From Gemmatimonadales bacterium (GTDB lineage Bacteria; Gemmatimonadota; Gemmatimonadetes; Gemmatimonadales; GWC2-71-9): a stretch of 64,000 nucleotides of DNA. The stretch covers positions 736,001 to 800,000 of the forward strand of contig OZ252244.1 of assembly GCA_965249575.1 (NCBI GenBank). Direction: 5' to 3'. A program made the translations under genes and the position numbers. The notes under the pieces were generated by a model, which was not told the origin of the DNA, ran no database searches, and worked only from the letters and a program-made list of their open reading frames with translations. Positions 36,934 to 48,778 of the stretch are shown piece after piece (the stretch's first letter is position 1; every line of letters begins with the position of its first letter).

Positions 36934-38250
36934 CTACATGTACCGCTTGCGCCCGCGGAACTTGATGCGGCCACGCTTCATGAAGTCGTCGTAGTGCCGC
37001 AGGTGCAGGTGCTGCTGCACCTGGACGACCGTATCGAGCCCAACACCCACGACGATCAGAAGAGCGGTGCCTCCGAAGAAGAACGGGACATTGAACGCGT
37101 TCAGCACGAAGAATGGCAGCAGCGCGACAATACAGAGAAACACCGAGCCCGGCAGGGTAACGCGCGTGAGCACTTCGTCGATGTAGTCGGCCGTCGCCGC
37201 TCCTGGTTTGACCCCCGGGATGAACCCGCCCTGTTTCTTCAGGTTCTCCGCCAAATCGACTGGATTGAAGATGATCGACGTGTAGAAATACGTGAAAAAG
37301 ATGACGAGGATCGCGTAGCTCACGTAGTACGCCGTCGTGCCGGGCCCGAACGCGTCAGCGAGGGCGCGCAGGTAGGGAACGTTGCTGAAGGTCGCGAGCG
37401 TTCCCGGAACGATGATGATCGATTGTGCGAAGATGATGGGCATCACCCCGGCCGAATTGATTCGAATCGGAATGAAGGTCTTTTGGCCCTCCCTGATGCG
37501 GCCTCGACCCATAACCTTCCGCGGAATCTGAATAGGGATCCGGCGGGAGGCGACGGTGATGGCGATCACCCCACCCACGACGCCGATCATTACCGCCAGC
37601 AAGACGATCAAGCGAAACGTGTCGATCACGCCGGTTTGCAGGAAGGCGATCGTCTGGAACAGCCCTGGTAGCATGCCCTCCATGATCGAAAAGAAAATGA
37701 GGAGACTCATGCCGTTCCCAATCCCGCGTTCGGTGATCTGCTCGCCAAGCCACATGACGAACACGGCACCCGTCGTGAGGGTTAGGATCGTCGTCAGTCG
37801 GAACCCCCATCCGGGAATCGAGACGGCGCCCTGAAGCGATTCCGTGAAGATCGCGAATCCGTAGGCCTGGAAGAGCGAGAGGACCACCGTGGTATAGCGG
37901 GTCCATTGCGTGATTTTCTTTCTCCCCTCCTCTTCCTTCTGCAGCTTGTCGATGTACGGGAATACGGCACCCGCAAGCTGGAACATGATCGATGCTGAGA
38001 TATACGGCATGATCCCCAGCGCCAGGACGGTTGCACGAGAAAGACCGCCCCCAACGAAGAGATCGTAGACACCGAAAAGAGTCTGCGAGCCCTGATTGCG
38101 AACGAAATCGGCGAGCACCTGCACATTGACGCCCGGCGTGGCGATATGGGCCCCACCCCGATAGACTGCCAGACACATCAGGGTGAAGAGCAGCTTGCCT
38201 TTCAGTTCCGGAGGGAATCGGAGCAGGTTGTTCAAACGTGGCGCGGTCAT
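36934..38250 (-). CDS. secY: Preprotein translocase SecY
   Basis: LGIMPYISASI, GIGNGMSL, AGVMPIIFA, FIPGVKPG, GGTALLIVV. Confidence 0.98.
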   Translation of the reverse strand: MTAPRLNNLLRFPPELKGKLLFTLMCLAVYRGGAHIATPGVNVQVLADFVRNQGSQTLFGVYDLFVGGGLSRATVLALGIMPYISASIMFQLAGAVFPYIDKLQKEEEGRKKITQWTRYTTVVLSLFQAYGFAIFTESLQGAVSIPGWGFRLTTILTLTTGAVFVMWLGEQITERGIGNGMSLLIFFSIMEGMLPGLFQTIAFLQTGVIDTFRLIVLLAVMIGVVGGVIAITVASRRIPIQIPRKVMGRGRIREGQKTFIPIRINSAGVMPIIFAQSIIIVPGTLATFSNVPYLRALADAFGPGTTAYYVSYAILVIFFTYFYTSIIFNPVDLAENLKKQGGFIPGVKPGAATADYIDEVLTRVTLPGSVFLCIVALLPFFVLNAFNVPFFFGGTALLIVVGVGLDTVVQVQQHLHLRHYDDFMKRGRIKFRGRKRYM

Positions 38251-38253
38251 CCG

Positions 38254-38706
38254 CTAGTCCTCGATGCGGCCACCGGCTCGTTCGATCTTGGTGCGAGCGC
38301 TCGCCGACAGTGAGCAGCCGCGAACGACATACGCCTTGTCCACGTCACCCACCGCGAGGATCTTGACCGGACGTGTCGCATGGCTCACGAGCCCCCGCGA
38401 CAGCAGCTCGGCCGGCGCCACGTCCGCTCCGGGCAGTTTCGCGAGATCCCGAAGGTTCACGACCTGCGCGGGGACCCGCGCCGGATTGGTGAACCCGCGC
38501 TTCGGGACACGCCGGCTGAGGGGCATCTGGCCACCCTCGAATCCTCGACGGACGTTCCCGCTCTTCCGCGATCCCTGTCCCTTGTGCCCGCGACCCCCAG
38601 TCTTCCCGAGGCCGGAACCCGGACCACGTCCTTTCCGCTTTCCGGCTGTCGTGGCCTTCGGCGGTGCCTTGAGGTTGTGGAGCCCGAGGCTCGGCTGGTT
38701 TGCCAC
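38254..38706 (-). CDS. rplO: 50S protein L15
   Basis: [28 protein letters not shown]. Confidence 0.97.
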   Translation of the reverse strand: MANQPSLGLHNLKAPPKATTAGKRKGRGPGSGLGKTGGRGHKGQGSRKSGNVRRGFEGGQMPLSRRVPKRGFTNPARVPAQVVNLRDLAKLPGADVAPAELLSRGLVSHATRPVKILAVGDVDKAYVVRGCSLSASARTKIERAGGRIED

Positions 38707-38969
38707 TACGCCTCCTCGGTGGTGACGCGGACGAGATGCCGGACCTTGTCGATCATGCCCCGAACCGATGGGTTGTCTACCACGGTAATCTCATCTTGAT
38801 GATGGCGTAGTCCCAGCGCCCGCAGGGTACGCCGGTACGTCGCCGCGTGACCGATTCCCGAGCGAATCTGCCGTACGCGCAGGCGGGCGGCGCTACTGGC
38901 CTTCTTAGTCGCGCGCTTGCGCGGTTTGCGGGCGGCCGCCCCAGCATCAGGTTTCGTCTGCTTGGGCAA
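38706..38969 (-). CDS. rpmD: 50S protein L30 with basic N-terminal extension
   Basis: [23 protein letters not shown]; start uncertain. Confidence 0.9.
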   Translation of the reverse strand: MPKQTKPDAGAAARKPRKRATKKASSAARLRVRQIRSGIGHAATYRRTLRALGLRHHQDEITVVDNPSVRGMIDKVRHLVRVTTEEA

Positions 38970-39513
38970 TACGGGCCTCCTGACGCGACCGGTAGTCGAT
39001 CTCACCGGGGTCGATTCCCCGTTCACGCGCGAGCTGGTCGGCAGTCACCAGGCGAGTCAGCCCGTCGACGACCGCGCGTACCATGTTGTTCGGGTTGGGT
39101 GAGCCAAGCGACTTGGTCAGAATATCGCTAATGCCCGCGCACTCGAGAACGGCCCGGACCGGACCGCCGGCAATCACCCCAGTCCCGGAGCTGGCCGGCT
39201 TGAGCAGCACCCGGCCGGCGCCATGGGTACCGATGATCTCGTGGGGGACGGTCGTCCCCTCGCGCGGCACGGCCACCATGCCCTTCCGGGCGGCCTCGAC
39301 CGCTTTGCGCACAGCCTCGGACACTTCGTTCGCCTTCCCCGTCGCGACACCGACCTGCCCACTACCGTCACCAACTGCCACGAGCGCATTGAACGAAAAA
39401 CGCCGCCCACCCTTGACTACTTTCGCCACGCGATTGATCGCAATGACGTTCTCCACCAAGTCTGAATCACGATCGCGGCGATCCCGCCGCGGTCCCCGAT
39501 CTCGATCCGCCAT
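38947..39513 (-). CDS. rpsE: 30S protein S5
   Basis: [22 protein letters not shown]. Confidence 0.97.
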   Translation of the reverse strand: MADRDRGPRRDRRDRDSDLVENVIAINRVAKVVKGGRRFSFNALVAVGDGSGQVGVATGKANEVSEAVRKAVEAARKGMVAVPREGTTVPHEIIGTHGAGRVLLKPASSGTGVIAGGPVRAVLECAGISDILTKSLGSPNPNNMVRAVVDGLTRLVTADQLARERGIDPGEIDYRSRQEARIAQADET

Positions 39514-39516
39514 CCG

Positions 39517-39888
39517 TTAGAACTCCAATCCGCCGTCGCGCGCGCCCTCGGCAACCGCGCGCACTCGACCATGGTAGGGGTAGCCGGCCCGGTCGAAGAC
39601 GACCCGCTTGATCCCGCGCTCCTGCGCCTTTGAGGCGACTAGCTTCCCCACGGCAAAGCTCACCCCCACCTTGCCCGGCTTCTCTTTCGAAAGTCCATCC
39701 GACAAATCACTGACCCCGACCAGGGTGCGACCTTCATCATCGTCGACGACCTGTGCATAGACGTGCCGCAGCGAGCGGTAGACCGCCAGCCGGGGCCGAT
39801 CAGCGGTACCACCCACCTTCTTCCGCACACGCCGGTGCCGGCGCGCTCGCCGCTGTCGGCGTGTTTTTGGCTTGTGGACGCTCCTCAT
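39517..39888 (-). CDS. rplR: 50S protein L18
   Basis: [21 protein letters not shown]. Confidence 0.97.
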   Translation of the reverse strand: MRSVHKPKTRRQRRARRHRRVRKKVGGTADRPRLAVYRSLRHVYAQVVDDDEGRTLVGVSDLSDGLSKEKPGKVGVSFAVGKLVASKAQERGIKRVVFDRAGYPYHGRVRAVAEGARDGGLEF

Positions 39889-40427
39889 GCCTTTGCTCCC
39901 GTCTTTCCGGCCTTCCGCCGGACCTGCTCACCCTGGTACCGGATACCCTTCCCCTTGTACGGCTCAGGTGGCCTCACCCGCCGAATCTCGGCGGCTACGT
40001 GTCCGACCAGCTGCTTGTCCACTCCCTCGACCACGAGCTGCGTGGGGCTCTCGACTGAAATCTTGATCCCAGGCGGAGCCGGATAGTCGACGGGATGCGA
40101 GTAACCAACGACAAGCCGTATCCCTGCCCCCTTGGACTCCGCCTTGTATCCCACTCCCTGGATCTCGAGTGACTTCCGGAATCCGCTCGTGACCCCGTCG
40201 ATCATGTTCTGGACCAACGATCTGGTGAGGCCATGGAGGGCGCGGTGGCGCTTCTCTTCCGAGGGTCGCGACACCGTCACCCGGTTGTCGTCCAGCGCGA
40301 CCGTCATCTCCGGATGCAGGTCTCGCTGCAGCTCCCCCTTTGGCCCCTTGACGGTCACGTGATTCCCGTCCAGCGTGACCGACACACCGGCTGGGACGTC
40401 CACGGGCTTCTTACCGATGCGCGACAT
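39885..40427 (-). CDS. rplF: 50S protein L6
   Basis: [20 protein letters not shown]. Confidence 0.97.
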   Translation of the reverse strand: MSRIGKKPVDVPAGVSVTLDGNHVTVKGPKGELQRDLHPEMTVALDDNRVTVSRPSEEKRHRALHGLTRSLVQNMIDGVTSGFRKSLEIQGVGYKAESKGAGIRLVVGYSHPVDYPAPPGIKISVESPTQLVVEGVDKQLVGHVAAEIRRVRPPEPYKGKGIRYQGEQVRRKAGKTGAKA

Positions 40428-40437
40428 TCGCCCCTCC

Positions 40438-40833
40438 CTACCAGAGCACGGCGAGCAACTCGCCACCGACGTGCGCCCGGCGGGCCTCCCGATCGCTCAT
40501 GACACCGCGCGGCGTAGACAGAATGGCCATGCCGAGGCCGTTCTTGATTTGGGGAATGTCACGCACCCGTACGTATCGTCGCAGGCCAGGTGCCGACACA
40601 CGCTGTAACTCCCGTATCACGAAGTTCTCCCCGTGATACTTGAGGTAGATGCGGAGCAATCCGTGTCGGCCGTCGTCCAACACCTTGTAGGCTTCGACGT
40701 AGCGGTTCTCGGCGAGGAGACGAGCAATCTCCGTTTTGAGCTTGGAGACTGGGATGTCGACTCGCCGATGCCCCGCCTGGCCGGCATTGCGAATGCGTGT
40801 CAGCATGTCTGCAACGGGATCGGTCATACTCAT
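40438..40833 (-). CDS. rpsH: 30S protein S8
   Basis: [22 protein letters not shown]. Confidence 0.97.
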   Translation of the reverse strand: MSMTDPVADMLTRIRNAGQAGHRRVDIPVSKLKTEIARLLAENRYVEAYKVLDDGRHGLLRIYLKYHGENFVIRELQRVSAPGLRRYVRVRDIPQIKNGLGMAILSTPRGVMSDREARRAHVGGELLAVLW

Positions 40834-40852
40834 AGCACTTCGATCCTGTCCT

Positions 40853-41038
40853 TTACCAACTGGATTTGCGGACGCCCGGAATCTCGCCGCGGAGCGCCAG
40901 GTCCCTGAAACAAATACGGCAGATTCCGAACTTCTTCAGATATCCGCGAGCGCGGCCGCATCGCTGACAACGGCTGTACTTCCGCACGCCGTATTTCGGA
41001 GTCCGCTTCGCTTTCTCGATGAGGCACCGTTTCGCCAT
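40853..41038 (-). CDS. rpsN: 30S protein S14 (Zn-binding type Z)
   Basis: [24 protein letters not shown]. Confidence 0.96.
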   Translation of the reverse strand: MAKRCLIEKAKRTPKYGVRKYSRCQRCGRARGYLKKFGICRICFRDLALRGEIPGVRKSSW

Positions 41039-41050
41039 GAAAGCCCCCTA

Positions 41051-41680
41051 TCAGATCAAGACCGGCACGTCGCCGCGGAATGGCATGCCCATTTCACGCA
41101 GCAGCGCCATCGCGACGTCGTCTCGGCCTGCGGTCGTCACGAACGTGATGTCCATGCCGTGGATCTTGACGACCTTGTCATAGTCGATCTCCGGAAACAC
41201 CATCTGCTCCTTCACACCCAGCGTGTAATTCCCACGACCGTCGAAGGAGCGAGTCGGCAGACCGCGAAAGTCCCGGAACCGCGGGACCGTGATGTTAATG
41301 AATCGATCCAAAAACTCGTACATCCGGGCGCCGCGAAGAGTGACCGTCGCTCCCACCGCCATCCCTTCGCGCAGCGAGAAATTGGAAATGGCCCGCTTCG
41401 CCCGCGTGATTACCGGTCGCTGTCCCGTGATTGCGGCAAGCTCCTCGACGGCGACCTCTAACAACTTCGGGTTCTTTGGCGCCTCTCCGATGCCGACGTT
41501 GAGCACGATCTTATCCAGCTTCGGGATCTCGTGCGGATTCGAGAACCCGAATTGCTGCCCCAGCTTGTCTCGGACCGTGGCCGTGTAGTAGTCCCCGAGC
41601 CTCGGACGAGGAGGCGGCTCGGCTGGCGTCGCCGCCGCCTTCGCGTCCGTGGCCTTCGCCTTTGTCTTTGCCTTTGCCAT
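41051..41680 (-). CDS. rplE: 50S protein L5
   Basis: ITGQRP, RDFRG, FDGRGNY. Confidence 0.97.
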   Translation of the reverse strand: MAKAKTKAKATDAKAAATPAEPPPRPRLGDYYTATVRDKLGQQFGFSNPHEIPKLDKIVLNVGIGEAPKNPKLLEVAVEELAAITGQRPVITRAKRAISNFSLREGMAVGATVTLRGARMYEFLDRFINITVPRFRDFRGLPTRSFDGRGNYTLGVKEQMVFPEIDYDKVVKIHGMDITFVTTAGRDDVAMALLREMGMPFRGDVPVLI

Positions 41681-41685
41681 CCGTC

Positions 41686-42066
41686 CTACCGGTTTCTCGG
41701 AATCGGCTGGCCGGACCTCACACTCAGCCGCTCCACGGTTCCGTCTTTGTCGACCTGTCGCCGCACTCGAGTTGGATCGCCCGATTTCGGGTCCAGCAGC
41801 ATCACGTTCGAGACGTGTATCGGCGCCGCAAGCTCGACGATGCCGCCTTCATCCGTTGCGGTCGGTCGCTTGTGGCGCTTGACCACGTTCACACCCTCGA
41901 CGACAACCCGGTTCTTTTTGGGCAGCACTCGAAGAACCACGCCTTCCCGTCCGGCCGCATCCCCGCTGATCACGCGAACCTTGTCTCCCTTCGTGATGTG
42001 CATCTTGGGAGGCCGGGGATCTTTCGGCTTGATGCGCCTTCCTTTCTTATAGACGAGCGGTTTCAT
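41686..42066 (-). CDS. rplX: 50S protein L24
   Basis: [27 protein letters not shown]. Confidence 0.96.
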   Translation of the reverse strand: MKPLVYKKGRRIKPKDPRPPKMHITKGDKVRVISGDAAGREGVVLRVLPKKNRVVVEGVNVVKRHKRPTATDEGGIVELAAPIHVSNVMLLDPKSGDPTRVRRQVDKDGTVERLSVRSGQPIPRNR

Positions 42067-42435
42067 CTACAAAACCTCCGGCGCCAGCGAGACGATCTTC
42101 ATGAAGCGCTTTTCGCGCAACTCCCGTCCCACGGGTCCGAAGATGCGCGTCGCGCGCGGTTCGCCAGTGTCGGTGATGAGCACCGCGGCGTTCTCGTCGA
42201 ACCGGATGTAGCTGCCATCGCGCCGGCGGGTTTCCTTGGCCGTTCGCACGACAACGGCCTTGGCCACCTCGCCCTTTTTGATCTGTCCGGCCGGCAACGC
42301 GTCCTTTATCGTGACAACAACGATGTCGCCGAGGCCCGCATAGCGGCGCTTGCTTCCCCCGAGCACGCGGATGACGAGCGCCCGCCGGGCACCAGAGTTG
42401 TCGGCGATCCTGAGGATCGATTCCTGCTGCACCAT
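42067..42435 (-). CDS. rplN: 50S protein L14
   Basis: [20 protein letters not shown]. Confidence 0.98.
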   Translation of the reverse strand: MVQQESILRIADNSGARRALVIRVLGGSKRRYAGLGDIVVVTIKDALPAGQIKKGEVAKAVVVRTAKETRRRDGSYIRFDENAAVLITDTGEPRATRIFGPVGRELREKRFMKIVSLAPEVL

Positions 42436-42450
42436 CGTCCGCTCTCCGCC

Positions 42451-42717
42451 TTATTGCGCCCGCGTGACCACTTCCACGACCCGCCAGCGTTTCGTCTTCG
42501 ATAGCGGCCGGGTCTCCATGATGCGTACGAGGTCTCCGGTTTTGGATCCTTTGTCGTCGTGCGCCTTCACACGCTTGCTCCGCGTAACCCGCTTGCCGTA
42601 GAGCGGATCGGCAAAGCGCCGAGTCAGCAACACCACGACCGTCTTGTCCATCCGGTCGCCGATGACCTTGCCCGTGCGGACCTTTCGGCCGCCGCGGGTC
42701 GCCGTCTCCGATGTCAT
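42451..42717 (-). CDS. rpsQ: 30S protein S17
   Basis: MDKTVVV, ETRPLSKTKRW. Confidence 0.96.
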   Translation of the reverse strand: MTSETATRGGRKVRTGKVIGDRMDKTVVVLLTRRFADPLYGKRVTRSKRVKAHDDKGSKTGDLVRIMETRPLSKTKRWRVVEVVTRAQ

Positions 42718-42932
42718 GTCGCCCTTTCTCGTAAAACCGTCCGAATGCGCGCGATATTGCGCCGGAGAACGCGAATCTGAGCCGTGTTTTCAATGGCCTC
42801 CGTCGCCGAACGGAACGTCAACCGGAAGCGGGCCTCCCGCAGCTTCGCCAGCTCCGCCCGCAATTCCTCATCGGAGAGTTCGCGAAGTTGCTCGCCACGC
42901 ACGGACCTGCTTTCCGGATCGCTCAGCGCCAT
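42714..42932 (-). CDS. rpmC: 50S protein L29
   Basis: LRELSDEEL..RRNIARIRT; position in the operon. Confidence 0.93.
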   Translation of the reverse strand: MALSDPESRSVRGEQLRELSDEELRAELAKLREARFRLTFRSATEAIENTAQIRVLRRNIARIRTVLRERAT

Positions 42933-42936
42933 CGTC

Positions 42937-43350
42937 TCACACTCCTTCTCGGACGACGAAACGCGTCCGGACCGGGAGCTTTGCGGACGCCCGCTTCAAC
43001 GCGCGCTTGGCCACGTCCTCCTTGATGCCCTCCAGCTCGAACATCACGCGTCCCGGCTTCACCACGGCGACCCACCCCTCGGGATTCCCCTTCCCCTTAC
43101 CCATTCTGGTTTCCGCCGGTTTCTTCGTGATGGGCTTGTCCGGGAAAATGCGAATCCAGACCTTGCCACCCCGCTTCATCTCCCGTGTCAGCGCGACACG
43201 AGCCGCCTCGATCTGCCGACTGGAGATCCATCCCGGGTCGAGACTCATGAGTCCAAAGTGCCCAAACGCGACCGTATTGCCACGCGTAGCAAACCCCTTG
43301 GTTCGCCCCTTCATTTGCTTGCGGTACTTCACGCGCTTCGGCGCCAGCAT
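42937..43350 (-). CDS. rplP: 50S protein L16
   Basis: [17 protein letters not shown]. Confidence 0.98.
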   Translation of the reverse strand: MLAPKRVKYRKQMKGRTKGFATRGNTVAFGHFGLMSLDPGWISSRQIEAARVALTREMKRGGKVWIRIFPDKPITKKPAETRMGKGKGNPEGWVAVVKPGRVMFELEGIKEDVAKRALKRASAKLPVRTRFVVREGV

Positions 43351-43353
43351 CCC

Positions 43354-44013
43354 TCAGGCTCCTGTGCTATACGTGCGGCCGCGCGCGTCTTCGACGACCT
43401 CGCCCTTGAAGATCCAGACCTTCACGCCGATGGTGCCGTACGTCGTCTTGGCCGTGCTCGTGGCGTAGTCGACGTCCGCACGCAATGTGTGCAGAGGCAC
43501 CCGGCCCTCGTGATATCCTTCGGTACGCGCTATCTCGGCCCCCCCCAAACGCCCGGAGGTCCTGAGTTTGATGCCCTGGGCACCCATGCGAGACGCGCTC
43601 TGGACCGCTCGCTTCATGGCTCGCCGAAAGGACACCCGCTGAGTGAGCTGATGCGCCACGCTGTCCGCGACGAGCTGCGCGTCAAGCTCCGGCCGCTTGA
43701 TCTCTTCGACGTTGATACCCACTTCCTTGTTGGTCAGCTGGGCCAACTCATCCCTGAGCTTATCGACCTCCGCGCCGCGCTTTCCGATCACGACCCCGGG
43801 ACGGCCGGTGAAGATCGTTACGGTCACCTTGCCGGGTTTGCGCTCGATATGCACGTCCGAAATCGCGGCGTGCGCGAGCCGCGTCTTCAAGTACTTCCGG
43901 ATGAGCTCGTCCTCTCGCAGGAGCGTCGGGAAGTCCCTGCCCGCGTACCATCGGGACCGCCATGGCTTGATCACACCGAGACGGAAACCGTAGGGATGGG
44001 TTTTCTGGCCCAC
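43354..44013 (-). CDS. rpsC: 30S protein S3
   Basis: [24 protein letters not shown]. Confidence 0.98.
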   Translation of the reverse strand: MGQKTHPYGFRLGVIKPWRSRWYAGRDFPTLLREDELIRKYLKTRLAHAAISDVHIERKPGKVTVTIFTGRPGVVIGKRGAEVDKLRDELAQLTNKEVGINVEEIKRPELDAQLVADSVAHQLTQRVSFRRAMKRAVQSASRMGAQGIKLRTSGRLGGAEIARTEGYHEGRVPLHTLRADVDYATSTAKTTYGTIGVKVWIFKGEVVEDARGRTYSTGA

Positions 44014-44366
44014 TACTCCTCCTTGGCGGCCACGCGAATCTCGACGTGGCTCATGCGTTTCCGAATCGGCGCCGCCCTGCCCTGTGCGGCCGGACGATAC
44101 CGTCTCAGCGTTCGACCCTCATTCACCACCGCGTAGTCCACGTACAACCGATCGACGTCGAAGGCCGTGTTGTTTCGCTGCGCGTCCTGTTCGGCATTCG
44201 CCACAGCGGAGTGCAGGACCTTCTCGATCTGCTTAGCGGCTCCCTTCTTCGAGAAGCGCAGCAGGGCGTAGGCCTCATTCACGTTCTTGCCCCGAATCGT
44301 GTCGATCACGAGCCGCATCTTGCGTGCGGACTGCCGCACACCTCGCTGGATCGCCCGGGTTGCCAT
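44013..44366 (-). CDS. rplV: 50S protein L22
   Basis: [25 protein letters not shown]. Confidence 0.96.
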   Translation of the reverse strand: MATRAIQRGVRQSARKMRLVIDTIRGKNVNEAYALLRFSKKGAAKQIEKVLHSAVANAEQDAQRNNTAFDVDRLYVDYAVVNEGRTLRRYRPAAQGRAAPIRKRMSHVEIRVAAKEE

Positions 44367-44367
44367 A

Positions 44368-44667
44368 CTACTTCGGGCCGCCTGCCTCAGCCTTGCGGTC
44401 CGCAGCGAGCCTTCCGCTGTGGCCGCGGAACAGACGCGTGGGAGCAAACTCACCCAGCTTGTGCCCCACCATGTTCTCCGTGATGTAGACCGGGATATAC
44501 TTGTTGCCGTTGTGTACCGCGATCGTGTGTCCGACGAACTCTGGTGTGATCGTCGATGAGCGTGACCACGTCTTGAACACCCGCTTCTCGTTCCGCTCGT
44601 TGAGCGCGTGAATCTTCAAGAACAGCGATTCCTCGACATACGGCCCCTTCTTGATGCTCCTAGCCAT
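44368..44667 (-). CDS. rpsS: 30S protein S19
   Basis: RSIKKGP, TWSRSS, GHKLGEF. Confidence 0.97.
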   Translation of the reverse strand: MARSIKKGPYVEESLFLKIHALNERNEKRVFKTWSRSSTITPEFVGHTIAVHNGNKYIPVYITENMVGHKLGEFAPTRLFRGHSGRLAADRKAEAGGPK

Positions 44668-44681
44668 CCGTACCGACCCTC

Positions 44682-45521
44682 CTACTTAGTCGCTTTCCCG
44701 CGCTTTCGCCCGCGGACGATGAGCTTTTGACTCGCCTTCTTGCGGTGCCGCGTCTTCTTTCCTTCCGGCTTCCCCCACGGGCTCGTCGGCGGGCGTCCGC
44801 CGGACGTCCTACCCTCGCCCCCGCCCAGGGGATGGTCGACGGGATTCATTGCGACGCCCCGAACGTGCGGTCGCCGCCCCAGCCAGCGGGTCTTCCCCGC
44901 CTTGCCGATGCGAATGAGCTCGTGCTCAGCGTTACCCACCTCGCCAATAGTCGCAATACACTCCTGCCGCACCATGCGGATCTCCCCGCTCCGGAGCTTG
45001 AGCGTCACGTGGTGGCCCTCTTTCGCCATCACCTGCGCACCAGTTCCGGCCGCCCGACAGAGTTGGGCTCCCTTGCCGATCTTCAACTCGATGCAATGGA
45101 CGGTCGTACCAAGCGGCATCTCTCGAAGCGGCATGGCGTTGCCCGTGCGGATATCGCTACCAGGTCCCGCGACGACGGTGTCGCCCACGCGAAGCCCGCG
45201 GGGATGGATGATGTACCGCTTCTCACCATCCGCATAGACCACCAGCGCGATCCGGGCAGTCCTATTGGGGTCGTACTCGATCTCCGCAACCCGGCCCGGC
45301 ACTCCCAGCTTGTTGCGTTTGAAGTCGATCCGCCGATACCGTCGTTTGTGACCGCCCCCGCGATGGCGCACCGTGAGGTGGCCCTTGTTGTTCCGCCCGC
45401 CGTGCTTCCGCAGCGGGGCGACGAGCGACGACTCGGGCTCGGACCGAGTGATCTCGGCGAAATCCGACACCGATCGTGAGCGTGTCGCCGGAGTTACCGG
45501 TCGGAACTGTCGCAGGCCCAT
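44682..45521 (-). CDS. rplB: 50S protein L2
   Basis: [27 protein letters not shown]. Confidence 0.98.
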   Translation of the reverse strand: MGLRQFRPVTPATRSRSVSDFAEITRSEPESSLVAPLRKHGGRNNKGHLTVRHRGGGHKRRYRRIDFKRNKLGVPGRVAEIEYDPNRTARIALVVYADGEKRYIIHPRGLRVGDTVVAGPGSDIRTGNAMPLREMPLGTTVHCIELKIGKGAQLCRAAGTGAQVMAKEGHHVTLKLRSGEIRMVRQECIATIGEVGNAEHELIRIGKAGKTRWLGRRPHVRGVAMNPVDHPLGGGEGRTSGGRPPTSPWGKPEGKKTRHRKKASQKLIVRGRKRGKATK

Positions 45522-45524
45522 GCT

Positions 45525-45812
45525 CTAGCCCTCGAAGACGTCGATGGAATCTTCTTCGTGCAAGCGCACGAAGGCCTTCTTCCAGCGCGGGCGCCTGCCC
45601 TCGGACCGCCCCATCGTACGGCGCTTGGAACGCTGTTGAAGGGTACGAACGTGGATCACCCGGACACCGAAGAGCTCCTCCACCGCGGCCCGTATGTCGC
45701 GCTTGGTCGCCTGTGGGTGCGCCTCGAACGTGTATTCCTTCCGGGCCGCGAACGCCGCCGACGACTTTTCCGTCACCACCGGGCGAAGCACGACACCGAA
45801 CAGATCAGGCAT
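45525..45812 (-). CDS. rplW: 50S protein L23
   Basis: RPVVTEKS, WKKAFV. Confidence 0.95.
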   Translation of the reverse strand: MPDLFGVVLRPVVTEKSSAAFAARKEYTFEAHPQATKRDIRAAVEELFGVRVIHVRTLQQRSKRRTMGRSEGRRPRWKKAFVRLHEEDSIDVFEG

Positions 45813-46599
45813 CGCCGCCTCCCTTCGTCTTGCCGCCGCGCGTTCCCTTCTTGGCCACCCGCTTCGTGCTCTTCTGTTTCGGAGCGGCAGCCTTGGCACG
45901 CTTCACCGCTTTGCCCTTACTCCGAGCTTGCGTCGCCTTCTTCGCCCGCTTCTCCCGCGCAGTGGGCTTCTTCGCCGCCGAGCCGGCAATCGCGTGACCT
46001 CCGATCGCGTCCTCCTCAACCACCAGCACGTCCGCCCAGAGTAGGTCGTATGCCGCAGCCTCCGTATAGGGCAGCACTCGTACGCGTGGAATGTTGCGGC
46101 TCGACCGGTAGACGTCGGGGCGATGACCCGTGGTCAGCAAACACACCTTTCGACCGGTCAAGCCGAGCTTAGCGAGCAAGCCAGCCACTTCCCGCGTTTT
46201 CGGCTCCTCGAGCGCCAGACGCTCGATGACGTACAGCGCTCCGTCGCGCGCGCGCGCGTTCAGCGCGGAAACGCGGGCTAGGCGGCGCACCTTGCGCGGA
46301 ACATCTGTTCGATAGCTCCGCGGATGCGGGCCAAAGACGACGCCGCCACCCCGAAAATGCGGAGCGCGGATGGATCCCTGCCGCGCGCGACCCGTGCCCT
46401 TCTGGCGCCAGGGTTTCTGGCCGCCGCCGGACACCTCGCTCTTCGTCTTCGTCGCGTGTGTCCCATGACGCCGGTTCAACAAATGGGCGCGCACCGACTG
46501 GTGGAGCACGGCCTCGTTAACCACGCCGTTGAATTCGTCCGGCAGCGCATAGCTACCCCTGGGCTGAGCCGACGACGAGAAGTGCTGGGCCTCAAGCAT
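45805..46599 (-). CDS. rplD: 50S protein L4 with Lys/Ala-rich C-terminal tail
   Basis: [30 protein letters not shown]. Confidence 0.96.
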   Translation of the reverse strand: MLEAQHFSSSAQPRGSYALPDEFNGVVNEAVLHQSVRAHLLNRRHGTHATKTKSEVSGGGQKPWRQKGTGRARQGSIRAPHFRGGGVVFGPHPRSYRTDVPRKVRRLARVSALNARARDGALYVIERLALEEPKTREVAGLLAKLGLTGRKVCLLTTGHRPDVYRSSRNIPRVRVLPYTEAAAYDLLWADVLVVEEDAIGGHAIAGSAAKKPTAREKRAKKATQARSKGKAVKRAKAAAPKQKSTKRVAKKGTRGGKTKGGGDA

Positions 46600-47230
46600 A
46601 CCGGCTGCTTCCTCCCTGCTTCTTGACGAGGACGATCCCCGTTGCCGGGCCCGGCACGGCCCCTCTGACGAATAGCAGGTTCCGCTCCGCATCGACCCGC
46701 ACGACGCTGAGGCCCAGCGCGGTCCGGCGGACGGATCCCATGTGACCCGGCATCTTCTTGCCCTTGATGACGCGCGACGGATTCGTACCCGGCCCGAGGC
46801 TCCCCGTCCGGCGGTGGCGCGTATTCCCATGGGAAGCCGGCCCGCCGCTGAATCCGTATCGCTTCACGACTCCTTGAAATCCCTTACCCTTGCTCGTTCC
46901 CACGACTTTCACGATCTCGCCGGGCTCGAAGATGTCGACGCGAATCACCTCTCCAATTGCCGGTGGCTCCCCAGCCGACACGTCAAACCGTCGAATGATC
47001 CGCGGCGCCGTCTCGAGACTGGCTGCCTTGACATGGCCACGCATCGCCCGTGTCGTGCGCTTGGCTTTGCGATTCCCGAACGCGAGTTCCACCGCCGGTG
47101 CGCCCCCGCCCGACGACCGGACGTGGATGACGGGGCACGGTCCGGCCTCGATGACCGTCACCGGGGTTACCCGCCCCTCCGCGTCGTACACGCGCGTCAT
47201 GCCAAGCTTGCGACCGATGATGCCGTTCAT
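46592..47230 (-). CDS. rplC: 50S protein L3
   Basis: [22 protein letters not shown]. Confidence 0.97.
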   Translation of the reverse strand: MNGIIGRKLGMTRVYDAEGRVTPVTVIEAGPCPVIHVRSSGGGAPAVELAFGNRKAKRTTRAMRGHVKAASLETAPRIIRRFDVSAGEPPAIGEVIRVDIFEPGEIVKVVGTSKGKGFQGVVKRYGFSGGPASHGNTRHRRTGSLGPGTNPSRVIKGKKMPGHMGSVRRTALGLSVVRVDAERNLLFVRGAVPGPATGIVLVKKQGGSSRYA

Positions 47231-47233
47231 GGA

Positions 47234-47542
47234 CTATTCGACCTTGATCTCGACATCGACGCCCGCTGGCAGATCGAGCTTCGTGAGCGCATCCACGGTT
47301 TGGGATCGAGAATCCGTGATGTCTATCAAGCGCTTGTGCGTCTTCAGTTCGAATTGCTCCCGGCTCTTCTTGTCAATGTGCGGACTCCGGAGCACCGTCC
47401 AGCGCTGAATCTTGGTAGGAAGTGGGATTGGCCCGGACACCTTCCCTCCAGTCTTCTCAACGGTGCGCACGATGTCGGCTGCCGCCTGATCGAGTACCGC
47501 GTGATCGAACGCTTTCAGTCGAATTCTGATTTGACCGGCCAT
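47234..47542 (-). CDS. rpsJ: 30S protein S10
   Basis: [24 protein letters not shown]. Confidence 0.98.
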   Translation of the reverse strand: MAGQIRIRLKAFDHAVLDQAAADIVRTVEKTGGKVSGPIPLPTKIQRWTVLRSPHIDKKSREQFELKTHKRLIDITDSRSQTVDALTKLDLPAGVDVEIKVE

Positions 47543-47572
47543 CGCTTGGTCTCAGTCCGTTCGTGGCTCGCG

Positions 47573-48766
<1,194 letters not shown>

Positions 48767-48778
48767 GATCGCGTTCCT

